Shown here in pieces: positions 51,995 through 64,000 of a DNA stretch of 64,000 nt. The notes under the pieces were generated by a model. The model searched no databases, was not told the origin of the DNA, and was given only the letters and a program-made list of their open reading frames with translations. The stretch is taken from positions 18,600,001 through 18,664,000 of the forward strand of contig OZ024742.1 in the NCBI GenBank assembly GCA_964016885.1, in the 5' to 3' direction. A program made the translations under genes and the position numbers. The stretch comes from Eledone cirrhosa. Lineage: Eukaryota. The number at the start of each line of letters is the position of its first letter. The first letter of the stretch is position 1.

Positions 51995-52076
51995 CGGCAA
52001 AGGCAGGCGAGTGTGTGGCTTTGATAAACGCCAAGCAGCGAGAAACAGCTGTCAGCCATTCTCCCAGCCTTTGCCG
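51995..52076 (+). ncRNA. Type I hammerhead motif with U3:A8 core and extended stem I
   Basis: CGGCAAAGGC...TGGCT-TTGATAA-aCGC-caagca-GCGa-GAAA-CAGCTG-TC-AGCCA...GCCTTTGCCG. Stem III is palindromic, the triplet is GUC, and a CCAAT motif lies upstream at 51926. Confidence 0.72.
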
Positions 52077-52172
52077 AAAGTATAAGTAAGTGACATAGTC
52101 ACTACTTTAAAACCGATACCGAATGGTCTTCTAAATGTTTTTAATTAAACATACGGTATATTGCCAAATATA

Positions 52173-52292
<120 letters not shown>

Positions 52293-52297
52293 TAATA

Positions 52298-52479
52298 TCA
52301 GGATGGATTCAGTTTGAAACTGGTTAGACTATAACTCAACCGAGTATTCGATTCTTGGGATAGCAGACTATGGTTATATTATAAAGTGTCGGGACCCGAC
52401 GGCTGAGCTCTTGCCGTTTCAACAGATGTTGGAACCAGTTGTTGAAACGACAAGAGCTCAGCCGCCGGGTCCCGACACT

Positions 52480-52489
<10 letters not shown>
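52298..52489 (-). mobile_element. Fold-back pseudo-LTR relic (family D)
   Basis: 50-bp arms at 52375-52424 and 52440-52489 with 2 mismatches. Contains GAAAC-GGC..GAGCTCAGCC-GTC and its tail is homologous to 53875-53940. Confidence 0.7.
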
Positions 52490-52553
<64 letters not shown>

Positions 52554-52575
52554 GATATATATATATAGATATATA

Positions 52576-53359
52576 TAAGCGCTCATATATTCACCTAGCT
52601 TATGCTAACAGAATAACTATGTAGCTTGTTCCCTTCCTCTCTACGGTTAGCTTTCCTCTATGTTGTTTACTTGTCTCACTCGCTTTACGCGTTTTAATTG
52701 TCCTAATAACTTAATTTAGTTATTATTGCACCGACGTGAGATATATGATTTTTAATGCAATGAAATATCTATGATCGTTGGCAAATCACTGATGAGGGAC
52801 TCATTTTATAACATGTGCAACCTGCAGTATTCTTCTGCCCATTTTTTCACATATATTTACCTAAACTGCGTTTCTGTTCTTCTCTCTCTCTCTCTTACTG
52901 CTCCCTCGTTCTCTCTGTTTCTCCTACTTTCTTTCGCCCCCTCTGCCATGTCAGTTAACTCTTCCTCACACTTCCACTCACTCACTCACTGTTTCTCCCC
53001 TTCTCACTTCACCCCGTTCGCGACGAATACATTTTCCTTCTTTCTTACATTTGGATTCATCTCGAAAGGTCTTTTTTCTAAGCGCTCATATATTCACCTA
53101 GCTTATGCTAACAGAATAACTATGTAGCTTGTTCCCTTCCTCTCTACGGTTAGCTTTTCTCTATGTTGTTTACTTGTCTCACTCGCTTTACGCGTTTTAA
53201 TTGTCCTAATAACTTAATTTAGTTATTATTGCACCGACGTGAGGTATATGCTTTTTAATGCAATGAAATATCTATGATCGTCGGCAAATCACTGATGAGG
53301 GACTCATTTTATAACATGTTATCCATGTGCAACCTGCAGTATTCTTCTCCCCATTTTTT

Positions 53360-53363
<4 letters not shown>
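52576..53363. mobile_element. Terminally redundant repeat (family C), about 1.5 units with period 503
   Basis: A direct repeat of about 285 bp starting TAAGCGCTCATATATTCACC at 52576 and 53079, with (TA)n on both sides. Confidence 0.8.
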
Positions 53364-53436
<73 letters not shown>

Positions 53437-53662
53437 TTTAGGTGACAGGGAAGTCGATTAACTCGAACCTAGTGTGTTACTGGTACTATATTTTATCGAT
53501 TCCAGTAAGGATGAAAAGTTTTTTCGGCTGAAGACTTTGAAGTTCTGAGTCTTTCATTTGTTTTTTTATTTTCGAAAAAGATTTTTCAGGTTTTCCCTTG
53601 AAAAAACTTTCTTGCGTTTTGTCTTGTTTTCGTTCGTTGTCTTTTCTTTGTTAATTTTCCTA

Positions 53663-53729
<67 letters not shown>

Positions 53730-53757
53730 GCACACATATATATATATATATATATAT

Positions 53758-54082
<325 letters not shown>

Positions 54083-55406
54083 AAAGTTAATAGTTTTTGA
54101 GTTTCTTTTTAAATGGCTAGAAGGACCTTTCATGAAGTAATTGTTTTAATTTCAGCACACGGTCTCAGATCAAATCAGTTGCCAGACAAATCGAATTTCG
54201 AAATACCTTAAACATTTTTATTGTAAACTATGATAAATCTGAGAAATCTAATAAAAAGTATTTTTCTTGAAGAGAAACACTCCTTGGAAGCTTCAAGGAA
54301 GCTTCAAGGATGACAACGAAGAAATTATATTTTACATAGCGTCAATGAAACATCAAGGATAATAATAATAAAATTTATGATGTCATGGAAACACCAAGGA
54401 CGACCACGAACATTCTATTTTATATAATGTCAAGTTTATCGACCAAATGATATTTTCCTCATTCTAAACGTTTTTTTTTAATAAAATAATTTAATAATAA
54501 TTTTCGGTTCTTCCTCACGTATCAATATTAGATTTGAAGAATGTTTCTGTTTAAATATATTTATTAAGTTTTAACAGGCTTTTTTTAAGGCAACTTCGCA
54601 AAAAATTGAAAACACTTCTTCAAAAGTAGACAGAAATTCTAAAATCGTTATAAACATCGATAGAAATATTAAGCTAACATCTTTACATATGTGCTACAGT
54701 CTGAGTAAAGTAGTTGTTGCTTTGTTGTTGTTTAACCCTAGGTCAGCCCTAACTAACCATACATGGCTATGATAATCTTGAACAATATTATCCCATGTGT
54801 AAGGTGTAATTTTGCCGGAAATTTGGCTGTCACCTCTAGCAGGTTGAGCACCCATGTAACAACTTTCTAATTCCTAGGAGCACTGAGGAGCTAGGGACTT
54901 TTAATATCTCCCCAGAAATCTGTCGTCCTACAAAGTAAACAACTGTAGTTCTCGACATGCACTTTTGGTTAGATAAATTACCATTAATATACAATAATCG
55001 TTCCAACAAAATTAATCAGTGACTAACAAAGAAGGTTTCCTCTTCTAGTAATTTATATCAAATTATATTTATCGCGATAAAGCTTTATGAAGGTAATGAA
55101 ATTATATTTAAATAAATTTCAGAAGAATGAACGAAAACTATAAATTAAATTTCGTGAGTAATTTAATTCACAAATATTATATCTGTGTCTCAAAGTTTCT
55201 ACTAATGAAAAACAGGAAACATTGCAAATTCATTGTGCTTTAAAATCATTTAGAATTTAGGCGACTAAATGTCATTTCAGAAATAGCAAAAGCCAAACAA
55301 TCATGTAAATTAGGGGTCAGTCTGAAACTCAAGGTCTCAAAAGGGCCATTAAATTCTAGGAACAACAGACCAAAACTGATATGAGGGGTGCGTATTTCAA
55401 CAAGTT

Positions 55407-55626
55407 TTAATCCTTTAGCATTTACTTTACTCTATATTTACTATCATATTTCCATGGTAAGGGCTTTATCTCTCAATTATTTCACATAATATCGAATCTA
55501 TGAGATTTTGATAATATTTATTTTGAGAACTATACCTTAACGTCAGTATGAGTGGCTGGTTACAGTCAGTTTGAACAGAAAGAGGTGAGAGAATTCTGGT
55601 CAGATACGGCCAGTTTAAATCCTTAA
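55407..55626. mobile_element. Possible degraded TTAA-type (piggyBac-like) MITE
   Basis: ttaatcctttagcattta ... gtttaaatccttaa; the ends are only partly complementary. Confidence 0.3.
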
Positions 55627-55678
55627 TCTACAATGCAGCTGATAGGCTGTTATTCATTTAAGTTTCATCAAAATTAAT

Positions 55679-55869
55679 TGTTTCTACTTTTTGGCACAAG
55701 GCCAGCAATTACCCAGTACATCGCTGGTACTTTATTTTATCGACCCCGTAAGGATGAAAGGCAAAGTTAACCTCGACGGGATTTGAACTCAGACCGTAAA
55801 GGGACGTAACTATGCTAGAAAGCATGGTGTCCAACCCTCTACCGATACTGCCAATTCACCGCCCTCATC
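55679..55869 (-). mobile_element. SINE family A, full-length, 19-bp TSD
   Basis: TSD AAGTTTCATCAAAATTAAT at 55660-55678 and 55870-55888. A and B boxes on the minus strand. Confidence 0.92.
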
Positions 55870-56576
55870 AAGTTTCATCAAAATTAATATGCATGCGATA
55901 GTAAGTGGCATATGTAAATTAGTACAAAATATAGGGGGACGAATTTTCCTTAATTCCGGTTTTACTTTTGTTTCACAATGTCTCCTTCGTTTCCTATGGT
56001 AATATTATGCAGATATATCAAGCTTTGTACCTTATCCTTTATCACTCTTACAGAATACAAATATTCCCACTTTTCTTGGAAACTTCAGTTCTCTTCGTCA
56101 GCAATTCTGCTTTTCTTTGATATCGTCGATATATTTTCTTAAAATTTCAAGTACCTGGTTGACGAAAAACACTTCTTCGAAATTTCTGTTTATTTAACAA
56201 CCTGCTTTGAATATGAGTTTTCAAAGCACCTCTTCTCAAGTTATGAAACAAACAAACAAAAGTCCCTCAAGCTTTGTTGTTTCAGTTAGTTTTCTATAAT
56301 CCTAGTCACTCTTCCATTATAATGCGTCTTTGAACCAAGCTGATGTAGATTCCATAACGTTTTTATTAAGAATCGTTTTTAAATGTATATAAAATGGATA
56401 CATATTTCTACTTTCCAGCTTTTGATCTTAAAGAGACAGCGACTGAAATATCAAAGTACATTCTACCAAACCCTGGAAGAAAAATTGTCAGACTCTAGTA
56501 AGTATATGCCACAAAGCATGGTGTCTGACGCTCTACCGATACTGCCAATCCATCACCTAGATTTGGCTGAAATAAT

Positions 56577-56760
56577 TGTTTCTACTTTAGTCAGAAGGCC
56601 AGCAATTACCCAGTGCATTACTGGTACTTTATTTTATCGACCCCGTGAGGATGAAAGGCAAAGTCAACCTCGGCGGGATTTGAACTCAGATCATAAAGGG
56701 ACGTAACTATGCTGGAAAGCATGGCGTCCGACCCTCTACCGATACTGCCAATCCACCGCC
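56577..56760 (-). mobile_element. SINE family A, full-length, 14-bp TSD
   Basis: TSD TTGGCTGAAATAAT at 56563-56576 and 56761-56774. Confidence 0.92.
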
Positions 56761-56955
56761 TTGGCTGAAATAATGTCAGCTGAACAACATTACTGATGTA
56801 GGTATGTAAATGATGCAGGAGATAAATTGATTTATGGTGTTAGATATTCAAAAGGTCAACTCTAAAGTATTGAAATATACTTGTGTTTTTTTCTTTTGTC
56901 GTAACATTTCAGACGAAGTTATTGTTTCAGAACTGAAGGTATAAAAAAAAGCATA

Positions 56956-57019
<64 letters not shown>

Positions 57020-57022
57020 TAT

Positions 57023-57113
<91 letters not shown>

Positions 57114-57114
<1 letters not shown>

Positions 57115-57985
57115 GAGGTGTGTCAGAAAAGTTCCAGGAGTGATGTCACAAAAGATTTATTTCAAACCCAAACTTCACACTAAGAGTTTTCTCCTTCAAA
57201 GAAATCCCCCTGGAGTATGTAACTGTAATCTTAGCTCTCTGCAGCGATCAAACTTTTTTCTTCATAATTTTATATACATGTCCTCTGTTTCAAGTCGTCA
57301 AGCAATGAACACAGAGCAACGAACAAACTTGAAAACTCCGTCAGAAGCACTGGGATTGCTGCAACAAGTGTATGGAGATGAGACGATGTCACGCTCACGT
57401 GTTTTTGAGTGGTGCAAGAGGTTTAAAGAAGGACGCGAGGACGTGGAAGATGACCCCAGGACTGAGATCAACGTTGAGCGCGTCAGGCAGATGGTGCGTA
57501 GCGATCGTCGGCTGACTGTTCGACTGATGGCAAATGAGCTGGGCATGAATCGGGAAAGTGTCTGGAAGATTCTCACTGAAGATTTGGACATGCGGAAAGT
57601 CTGCGCGAAGTTGGTGCCAAAATTGCTGAACGATGACCAGAAGGGTCGATGCATGCAAGTGTGCAAGGACATCCTCGAGCGTCTTGAAACCGAACCAGAC
57701 TTGCTAGGGACAGTCATCACCGGTGATGAGTCATGGATCTTCGAGTTCGACCCGGAGGGGACCCGTTTTGAAGACGTGGACGACATCAAAAAGGCAGTGA
57801 CGACTGAACTGCGGAGGATCCCGGAAGAATACTTCTAGGAGTGCATGCAAGCGTGGCAGCAAAGGATGGAAAAGTGCATTAGACTCCAGGGGGATTACTT
57901 TGAAGGCGAAAACTCTTAGTGTGAAGTTTTGGTTTGAAATAAATCTTTTGTGACATCAGTCCTGGAACTCTTCTGACACACCTCG
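57114..57985 (+). mobile_element. Mariner transposon, internally deleted (872 bp), 103-bp TIRs, TA target site
   Basis: TIRs at 57114-57216 and 57883-57985. The ORF has HTH motifs (VYGDETMSRSRVFEWCKRFKEG, DRRLTVR..A.ELG), RKVCAKLVPKLL and ITGDESW, joined in frame to GTRFEDVDDIK. Confidence 0.93.
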
Positions 57986-57989
57986 TATA

Positions 57990-58520
57990 TATCTTTACCC
58001 TCTCTAACAGTCACTCTCTCTGTTAGCCTCTTCCTCACCCTTCACTCACTCACTCTCTGTTACTACCTCTCCTCCTCCTCCTTCTTCCCGTTTGACCTGT
58101 GCGTAATTCTTTTCTTTCGCACGCTTGGCCAGGCCGGTTGGCCTTTTTTCTCTCTCTCGTCTACGATTTCACAGAACTTATGTTCACCGAATTCATGGAC
58201 TAGACCCTTCTTCCTCCCGTTAGACCTGTGCGAAATTCCTTCCTTGCTCACATTTCAACTAGGTTTGATGGTCTTTATTCTCTCTCGTTCACGATTTCAC
58301 CGAACTTATATTCATGGAAATCTGGGACTTCACTCTTTCTTCCTCACTTTTTGTTGTTTTACCATCTTTGTTTGTTTACACTCTCGCTGTTCCCTTTATT
58401 TACGTGTCCCAACGACTTTCTTTAGCCGTTGCCCGCACCAACCGGAGGTATATGGTCTTTAAAGCGATGAAATACCAATGATGGTTAGAAGATCACTGAT
58501 GAAGGACTAACTTTATTCAT
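57990..58520. mobile_element. Diverged family C repeat
   Basis: gcaccaacc.gaggtatatg...gaaataccaatgatggtt...atcactgatga.ggactaa is shared with 30059-30137 and 53231-53305. Confidence 0.6.
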
Positions 58521-58533
58521 ATATATATATATA

Positions 58534-59723
58534 TATAAAGAAAAAGGGATGAAATCGAAAATGCAACTGAAGTCTTATTTTTTTTAAAAATATATATATT
58601 TTTATTTGGTTCCTTTACCGGTTTCGCAGTTCTTCTGCTTTTCAAAAGGTGAGTTGAGATGGAGGGTCTGTGGTTTTTCTCACATCTGGTTGGTCTCTAA
58701 ATGTTACTTGTTTTATATGGAAAAAGTGGCTCGAAAACCAGGTTTTTCGAGAAGTAATTTGATTGGTTTGTCAATAATTATAATAAATTTCGCGCCAGTT
58801 CGCGTTACAATAGTTCTTCAAATAAGAGAAGGGGGGGGGGGGGTTGTCACAGGTTGTTTTTTCATATATGAGTGTTTGAATTTCTTTTTACTTGAAAAAA
58901 TAAGGCTCACGAAGGCTTTTTTTTGGTTGGTTATAAATGAAATTTGGCTGTCACGTGAACAAGTTTTCATTACATTTTTGCGCCCTTATTTGGAAAACTA
59001 TTCTGTAGTCTTTATAGTGAATGTTATGACAATGGAGAGATAGTGGTCAAGGGAAAAGGGATTGGGAGAAATGTTCTGGTTCAGTGAATATGGCCAGCTG
59101 TCAGAGTTCAGGTGTCAGAGTTCAGATTTTCTATTGAGACTGAAGATATGTGTTTATTTGTGTGCTTGTGTGTGTGTATATGTGTGTGTGTGTATATGTT
59201 TATTCAAAAATATAGACCAACATTAAATAAGGTTTAATATACATTATGTCAACACCACAATATGACATACACACACACACACATAACACCTTCTACTTTA
59301 GAAAATAAAAACCCGAACTAAATAAACCTTAAACATACGTTTGCACTGGCAATACAACAGCAAACACGAAAAAGTCAGGAAAATATGTTCATTCAAAAAT
59401 ATTCCTACTAAAGGAATCATTTTCCTACACACACACATACACACACACACAATATATATATATATATATATTCTCTTCATCTTAACATGCTAACCATACT
59501 CCCACACACATAACACCCATACACACACATAACAACCCCCACACCTACAACACCCTCCCCATTTCTACTAATAGAACCACTTTCCTACACACATATATAT
59601 ATACACACACACAAAATATATATTCTCTCTATCTAACATACTCACACACACACATAACACCCATATACACACACAACTCCCTCCCCCATCTCTACTAATA
59701 GAATCATCTTCCAATACACACAT

Positions 59724-59760
<37 letters not shown>

Positions 59761-60453
59761 AGCACACAAATAAACACATATCTTCAGTCTCAATAGAAAA
59801 TCTGAACTCTGACACCTGAACTCTGACAGCTGGCCATATTGACTGAACCAGAACATTTCTCCCAATCCCTTTTTCCTTGACCACTATCTCTCCATTGTCA
59901 TAACATTCACTATAAAGACTACAGAATAGTTTTCCAAATAAGGGCGCAAAAATGTAATGAAAACTTGTTCACGTGACAGCCAAATTTCATTTATAACCAA
60001 AAAAAAAAAAAAAAAAAAAAAAAGCCTTCGTGAGCCTCATTTTTTCAAGTAAAAAGAAATTCAAACACTCATATATGAAAAAACAACCTGTGACAACCCC
60101 CCTCTCTTATTTGAAGAACTATTGTAACGCGAACTGGCGCGAAATTTATTATAATTATTGACAAACCAATCAAATTACTTCTCGAAAAACCTGGTTTTCG
60201 AGCCACTTTTTCCATATAAAACAAGTAACATTTAGAGACCAACCAGATGTGAGAAAAACCACAGACCCTCCATCTCAACTCACCTTTTGAAAAGCAGAAG
60301 AACTGCGAAACCGGTAAAGGAACCAAATAAAAATATATATATTTTAAAAAAAAATAAGACTTCAGTTGCATTTTCAATTTCATCCCTTTTTCTTTATACT
60401 TCCACTCGTGTAGGACACCTCGGTTATTTTTCATTTTGTAAAAAAAACCTCAC

Positions 60454-60460
<7 letters not shown>
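58534..60460 (+). mobile_element. PLE 3' relic with an inverted copy of about 660 bp
   Basis: Near-identical arms at about 58534-59193 and 59730-60398 with a spacer of about 540 bp. Hammerhead at 60283-60320 (+), mirrored at 58612-58649 (-). Ends in (TA)n. Confidence 0.85.
60283..60320 (+). ncRNA. Minimal type I hammerhead motif with U3:A8 core
   Basis: CCTT-TTGAAAA-GCAG-aagaa-CTGC-GAAA-CCGG-TA-AAGG. All stems are perfect, G10.1-C11.1 is present, stem III is palindromic (ACCGGT) and the triplet is GUA. Confidence 0.8.
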
Positions 60461-60508
<48 letters not shown>

Positions 60509-60529
60509 ATGTATATATATATATATACA

Positions 60530-60692
<163 letters not shown>

Positions 60693-60761
60693 TATGTATA
60701 TACATATATATGTATGGAGCTTAATTATTGTAAACGACTGAGAGTTTATTCTCAAAATATA

Positions 60762-60811
<50 letters not shown>

Positions 60812-61016
60812 TGCAGTATTTTTGTGAGGTTTGCCAACTTATCAAGAGAATACCTCATTTAAAGTTTCAAAATACGTGCAAACCACACAAAATACTGCAT
60901 CTCTATGATGTAATGTTTTTGCATAGTAGCCACAAAACTGCGCAGTCGAGGATGTCGAAGAATATTGGGTATATATATATATTTTTAATTTATGTGTTTC
61001 TTCTTTCATTATGATG

Positions 61017-61105
<89 letters not shown>

Positions 61106-61122
61106 CATACAAACATATGTAT

Positions 61123-61681
61123 ATGTTTACAAACGCACCGAGCATTATAATAAATGTTCGGTGAATCCATACGTGCATATATGTATGTGTGCATGTATGT
61201 ATATATATATATACATACTACTGTAAGTCTGTATACATATATGTATGTACGTGTACATACTTATATTTAAGTAACAGCCGTACTAAGAGTGAGATATGAA
61301 ATATCGTTTCATTTTTTCCGTTTATCGTTTTCGGTGCACCCGGCCGATTAACCCACTCGATATGCAAATTGGGCTACTCAGCCGTTAATATGCATAACGT
61401 AAGTATATACGTTCAACAATCTGGCAGGAAGGTATACGTTGCTGACGATAGCTAACAAGCTTTAAACTAGTACAGCGTTCCTTTGTCGGTGTTGAACAAA
61501 CGAGCAACGGTGGTTGCTAGACACTACGGCTTAATACGGGATGTTTGTTTACAAACACACCGAGCATTATAATAAATGTTCGGTGGATGCATACGTGCAT
61601 ATATGTATGTATGCATGTATGTATATATATATATACATACTACTGTACGTCTGTATTCATATATGTATGTACGTGTACATA

Positions 61682-61690
<9 letters not shown>
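61123..61690 (+). mobile_element. Terminally redundant unit (period about 423 bp) enclosing a hammerhead (pseudo-LTR or retrozyme-like)
   Basis: A direct repeat of about 143 bp at about 61124 and about 61546, with (TA)n flanks. Confidence 0.72.
61411..61497 (+). ncRNA. Type I hammerhead motif with extended stem I; G12 mutated
   Basis: GTTCAACA...CGTTG-CTGACGA-tAGCT-aaca-AGCTt-TAAA(GAAA)-CTAG-TA-CAGCG...TGTTGAAC. Confidence 0.6.
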
Positions 61691-61714
<24 letters not shown>

Positions 61715-62152
61715 CTATTGTTAAGCTTAATTACAATAATTCGCAGTTGGCTGTTCACTTTACAAATAGGTGGTTTTAGATTCAGCCCCGCTGCATGGTG
61801 CCATGCGCTCTACAATAGCTTTTGATTGACCCATGCCTTTCCAGTATAATTTGGTAGAGGTGTAACTGCAGAAGCTCATCGTATATATATATAAGGAGTT
61901 GACGGACCCACCATATTTATCAACGCCAGGACCGGTTTTATCTCTGCGTACTCCATGGGCAATGTAAGATACATTCCCAGAGTATACACATAGTTATTCG
62001 TTTCAATACAACACACGTAAAACGGGTGCCTATAATAGTTCCCGGACTGGAGTTTCGGCCGAACTAATGCAGCAGTAAGGTGCACTGCACCATCAGTCTG
62101 CATATATTATGCAACAATGCACAATCGGCTTATGCGGCTTCATCAGCGGGTA

Positions 62153-62657
<505 letters not shown>

Positions 62658-62847
62658 CTAGGTATAGAATTACTCAAGTCTATAGTGGGCGAATTTTAAT
62701 ATTTATTACCATTTTCCGATCCCTTTCAACCAGCAAAAGTTGGAAACTTCGTCATTGAAAAAAAATCACCAGGAAACCCCCGATGATTTCTATTGAATGA
62801 AACAGTTCTAGTCCCGTAGATGCCTAGAAGCCATTTCTAAATTAAAC

Positions 62848-62961
<114 letters not shown>

Positions 62962-63597
62962 GTATATCCTAAACGGACGGTAGTCCGTTTAGTAATATTG
63001 TTGTGGTCGTGTTTTCGTTGGCAATCGTCTGTTTAAGACAGTACAGCGCGGCTCTACTTTATTTAACTGAGATAAAACTTATATGAGCATGAACAGTAGA
63101 TCATTACGCATCTTTTGACTTAAAAATCTAGAAATTTGGTCCAGCGGGAAAAAGTTTATAATCAAAGTTTGCTGATAAATCTTGTGTTCAAGTGAGTGAG
63201 TAGTAAGCGTGACGCTAAGGGAGGTAGTCCAGAAATGACGACGTTTGGAAAAGTTTAATTACTGCATGAAAGAAATGATTCAAAAATTGAACTTGCCCAA
63301 TCTTCACAACATTGAAAATTGGTCAAAATTTGACAAATCTGACTTCAAACCAGATATGATTCATTTGAACTATGTTGGAAATCTTAAATTGACACAAATT
63401 TTTGCCAATGTTTTTGCCACCTGATTCATGTTCTATGGCTGACTGACTAATTTTGTGACTTAATAAAATGTCATCATACTAGTAATGCACAATGGTCATT
63501 TTTAAATTTAAATTTTATTAAATAGTTGTTGCTTGCATTGCCTTAAAATAGTAACAAGAATGTACACATACTTTTTTAAAAAATACATCATTATCAG

Positions 63598-63949
63598 TCA
63601 AATGTCACTAAAAGCCAGGTGGTCGATAACAACTTCTATAAGATTAGTTACATACTCACACATTGGATCACCTCTCATCAATGGCATTGGGTGTTTGAGA
63701 TAATCGTGGAGATAACTGATGAAGTCACAAATGAAGTGATGGACTTCCAGTGTGAACAACTCCCTATATCCATTGATGGCTTCCGATTCATAGGTGCATT
63801 TTATGAGGAATTCCATGCATCCGATTTTCAGTGATTCAATGGGCATTTTATCAGAGATGATAAGGTATTTGACCACGTTTTGCTTTGTAAGTAAATTGGA
63901 GAGAATCACTGCAGTCAAAGTCATTTCTTTGCATGGGTTTTTGTCCATT
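63598..63949 (-). CDS. Probable terminal coding exon of a host gene (116 codons, product unknown)
   Basis: Non-repetitive ORF preceded by a strong acceptor TTATCATTTTAACTTTTTAG (AG at 63951-63950). Ends in TGA, with a minus-strand AATAAA at 63514-63519. No TE motif recognised. Confidence 0.55.
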
Positions 63950-64000
63950 CTAAAAAGTTAAAATGATAAAGTATTACTACTATATAACTTACATCTATTG

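Noticed and set aside
54286-54433. Degenerate repeat of about 40-50 bp (gaaac.tcaagga.ga...)
   Set aside because: Only about three highly diverged units with no consistent period and no interpretable function.
58606-60434. Two nearly identical ORFs on opposite strands (145 aa and 121 aa)
   Set aside because: They are antisense readings of the two arms of the inverted repeat and show no protein motifs.

Overview
AT-rich, microsatellite-dense animal DNA made almost entirely of mobile elements. The tRNA-derived SINE families and the (TA)n/(CA)n load resemble octopus genomes (inference from recall; no search run). The only likely host-gene sequence is a minus-strand terminal exon at the far right (63598-63949). 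Main structures: (1) a 13.9-kb array of ~296 copies of a 47-bp unit (14797-28720) that is an amplified internal segment of an RTE (Rex3/Expander-like) LINE, with the rest of that LINE copy still flanking both ends in register; (2) many Penelope-like element (PLE) remnants, mostly embedded in (TA)n tracts: a Neptune-type and a Naiad-type coding remnant plus short pseudo-LTR relics. These carry minimal type I hammerhead ribozyme motifs from about eight distinct families, several with variant cores (U3:A8, C4), and many form palindromes or long inverted repeats; (3) a complete Mag-like Gypsy element nested in the LTR of a CsRn1-like Gypsy element, both with TSDs; (4) an internally deleted mariner with 103-bp TIRs, non-autonomous Helitrons, CRE-type and L1/Tx1 3' fragments, many SINEs and a 39-bp minisatellite. 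Most ORFs in the supplied track are microsatellite artefacts. All family assignments come from motif recognition by eye, and the counts are manual.
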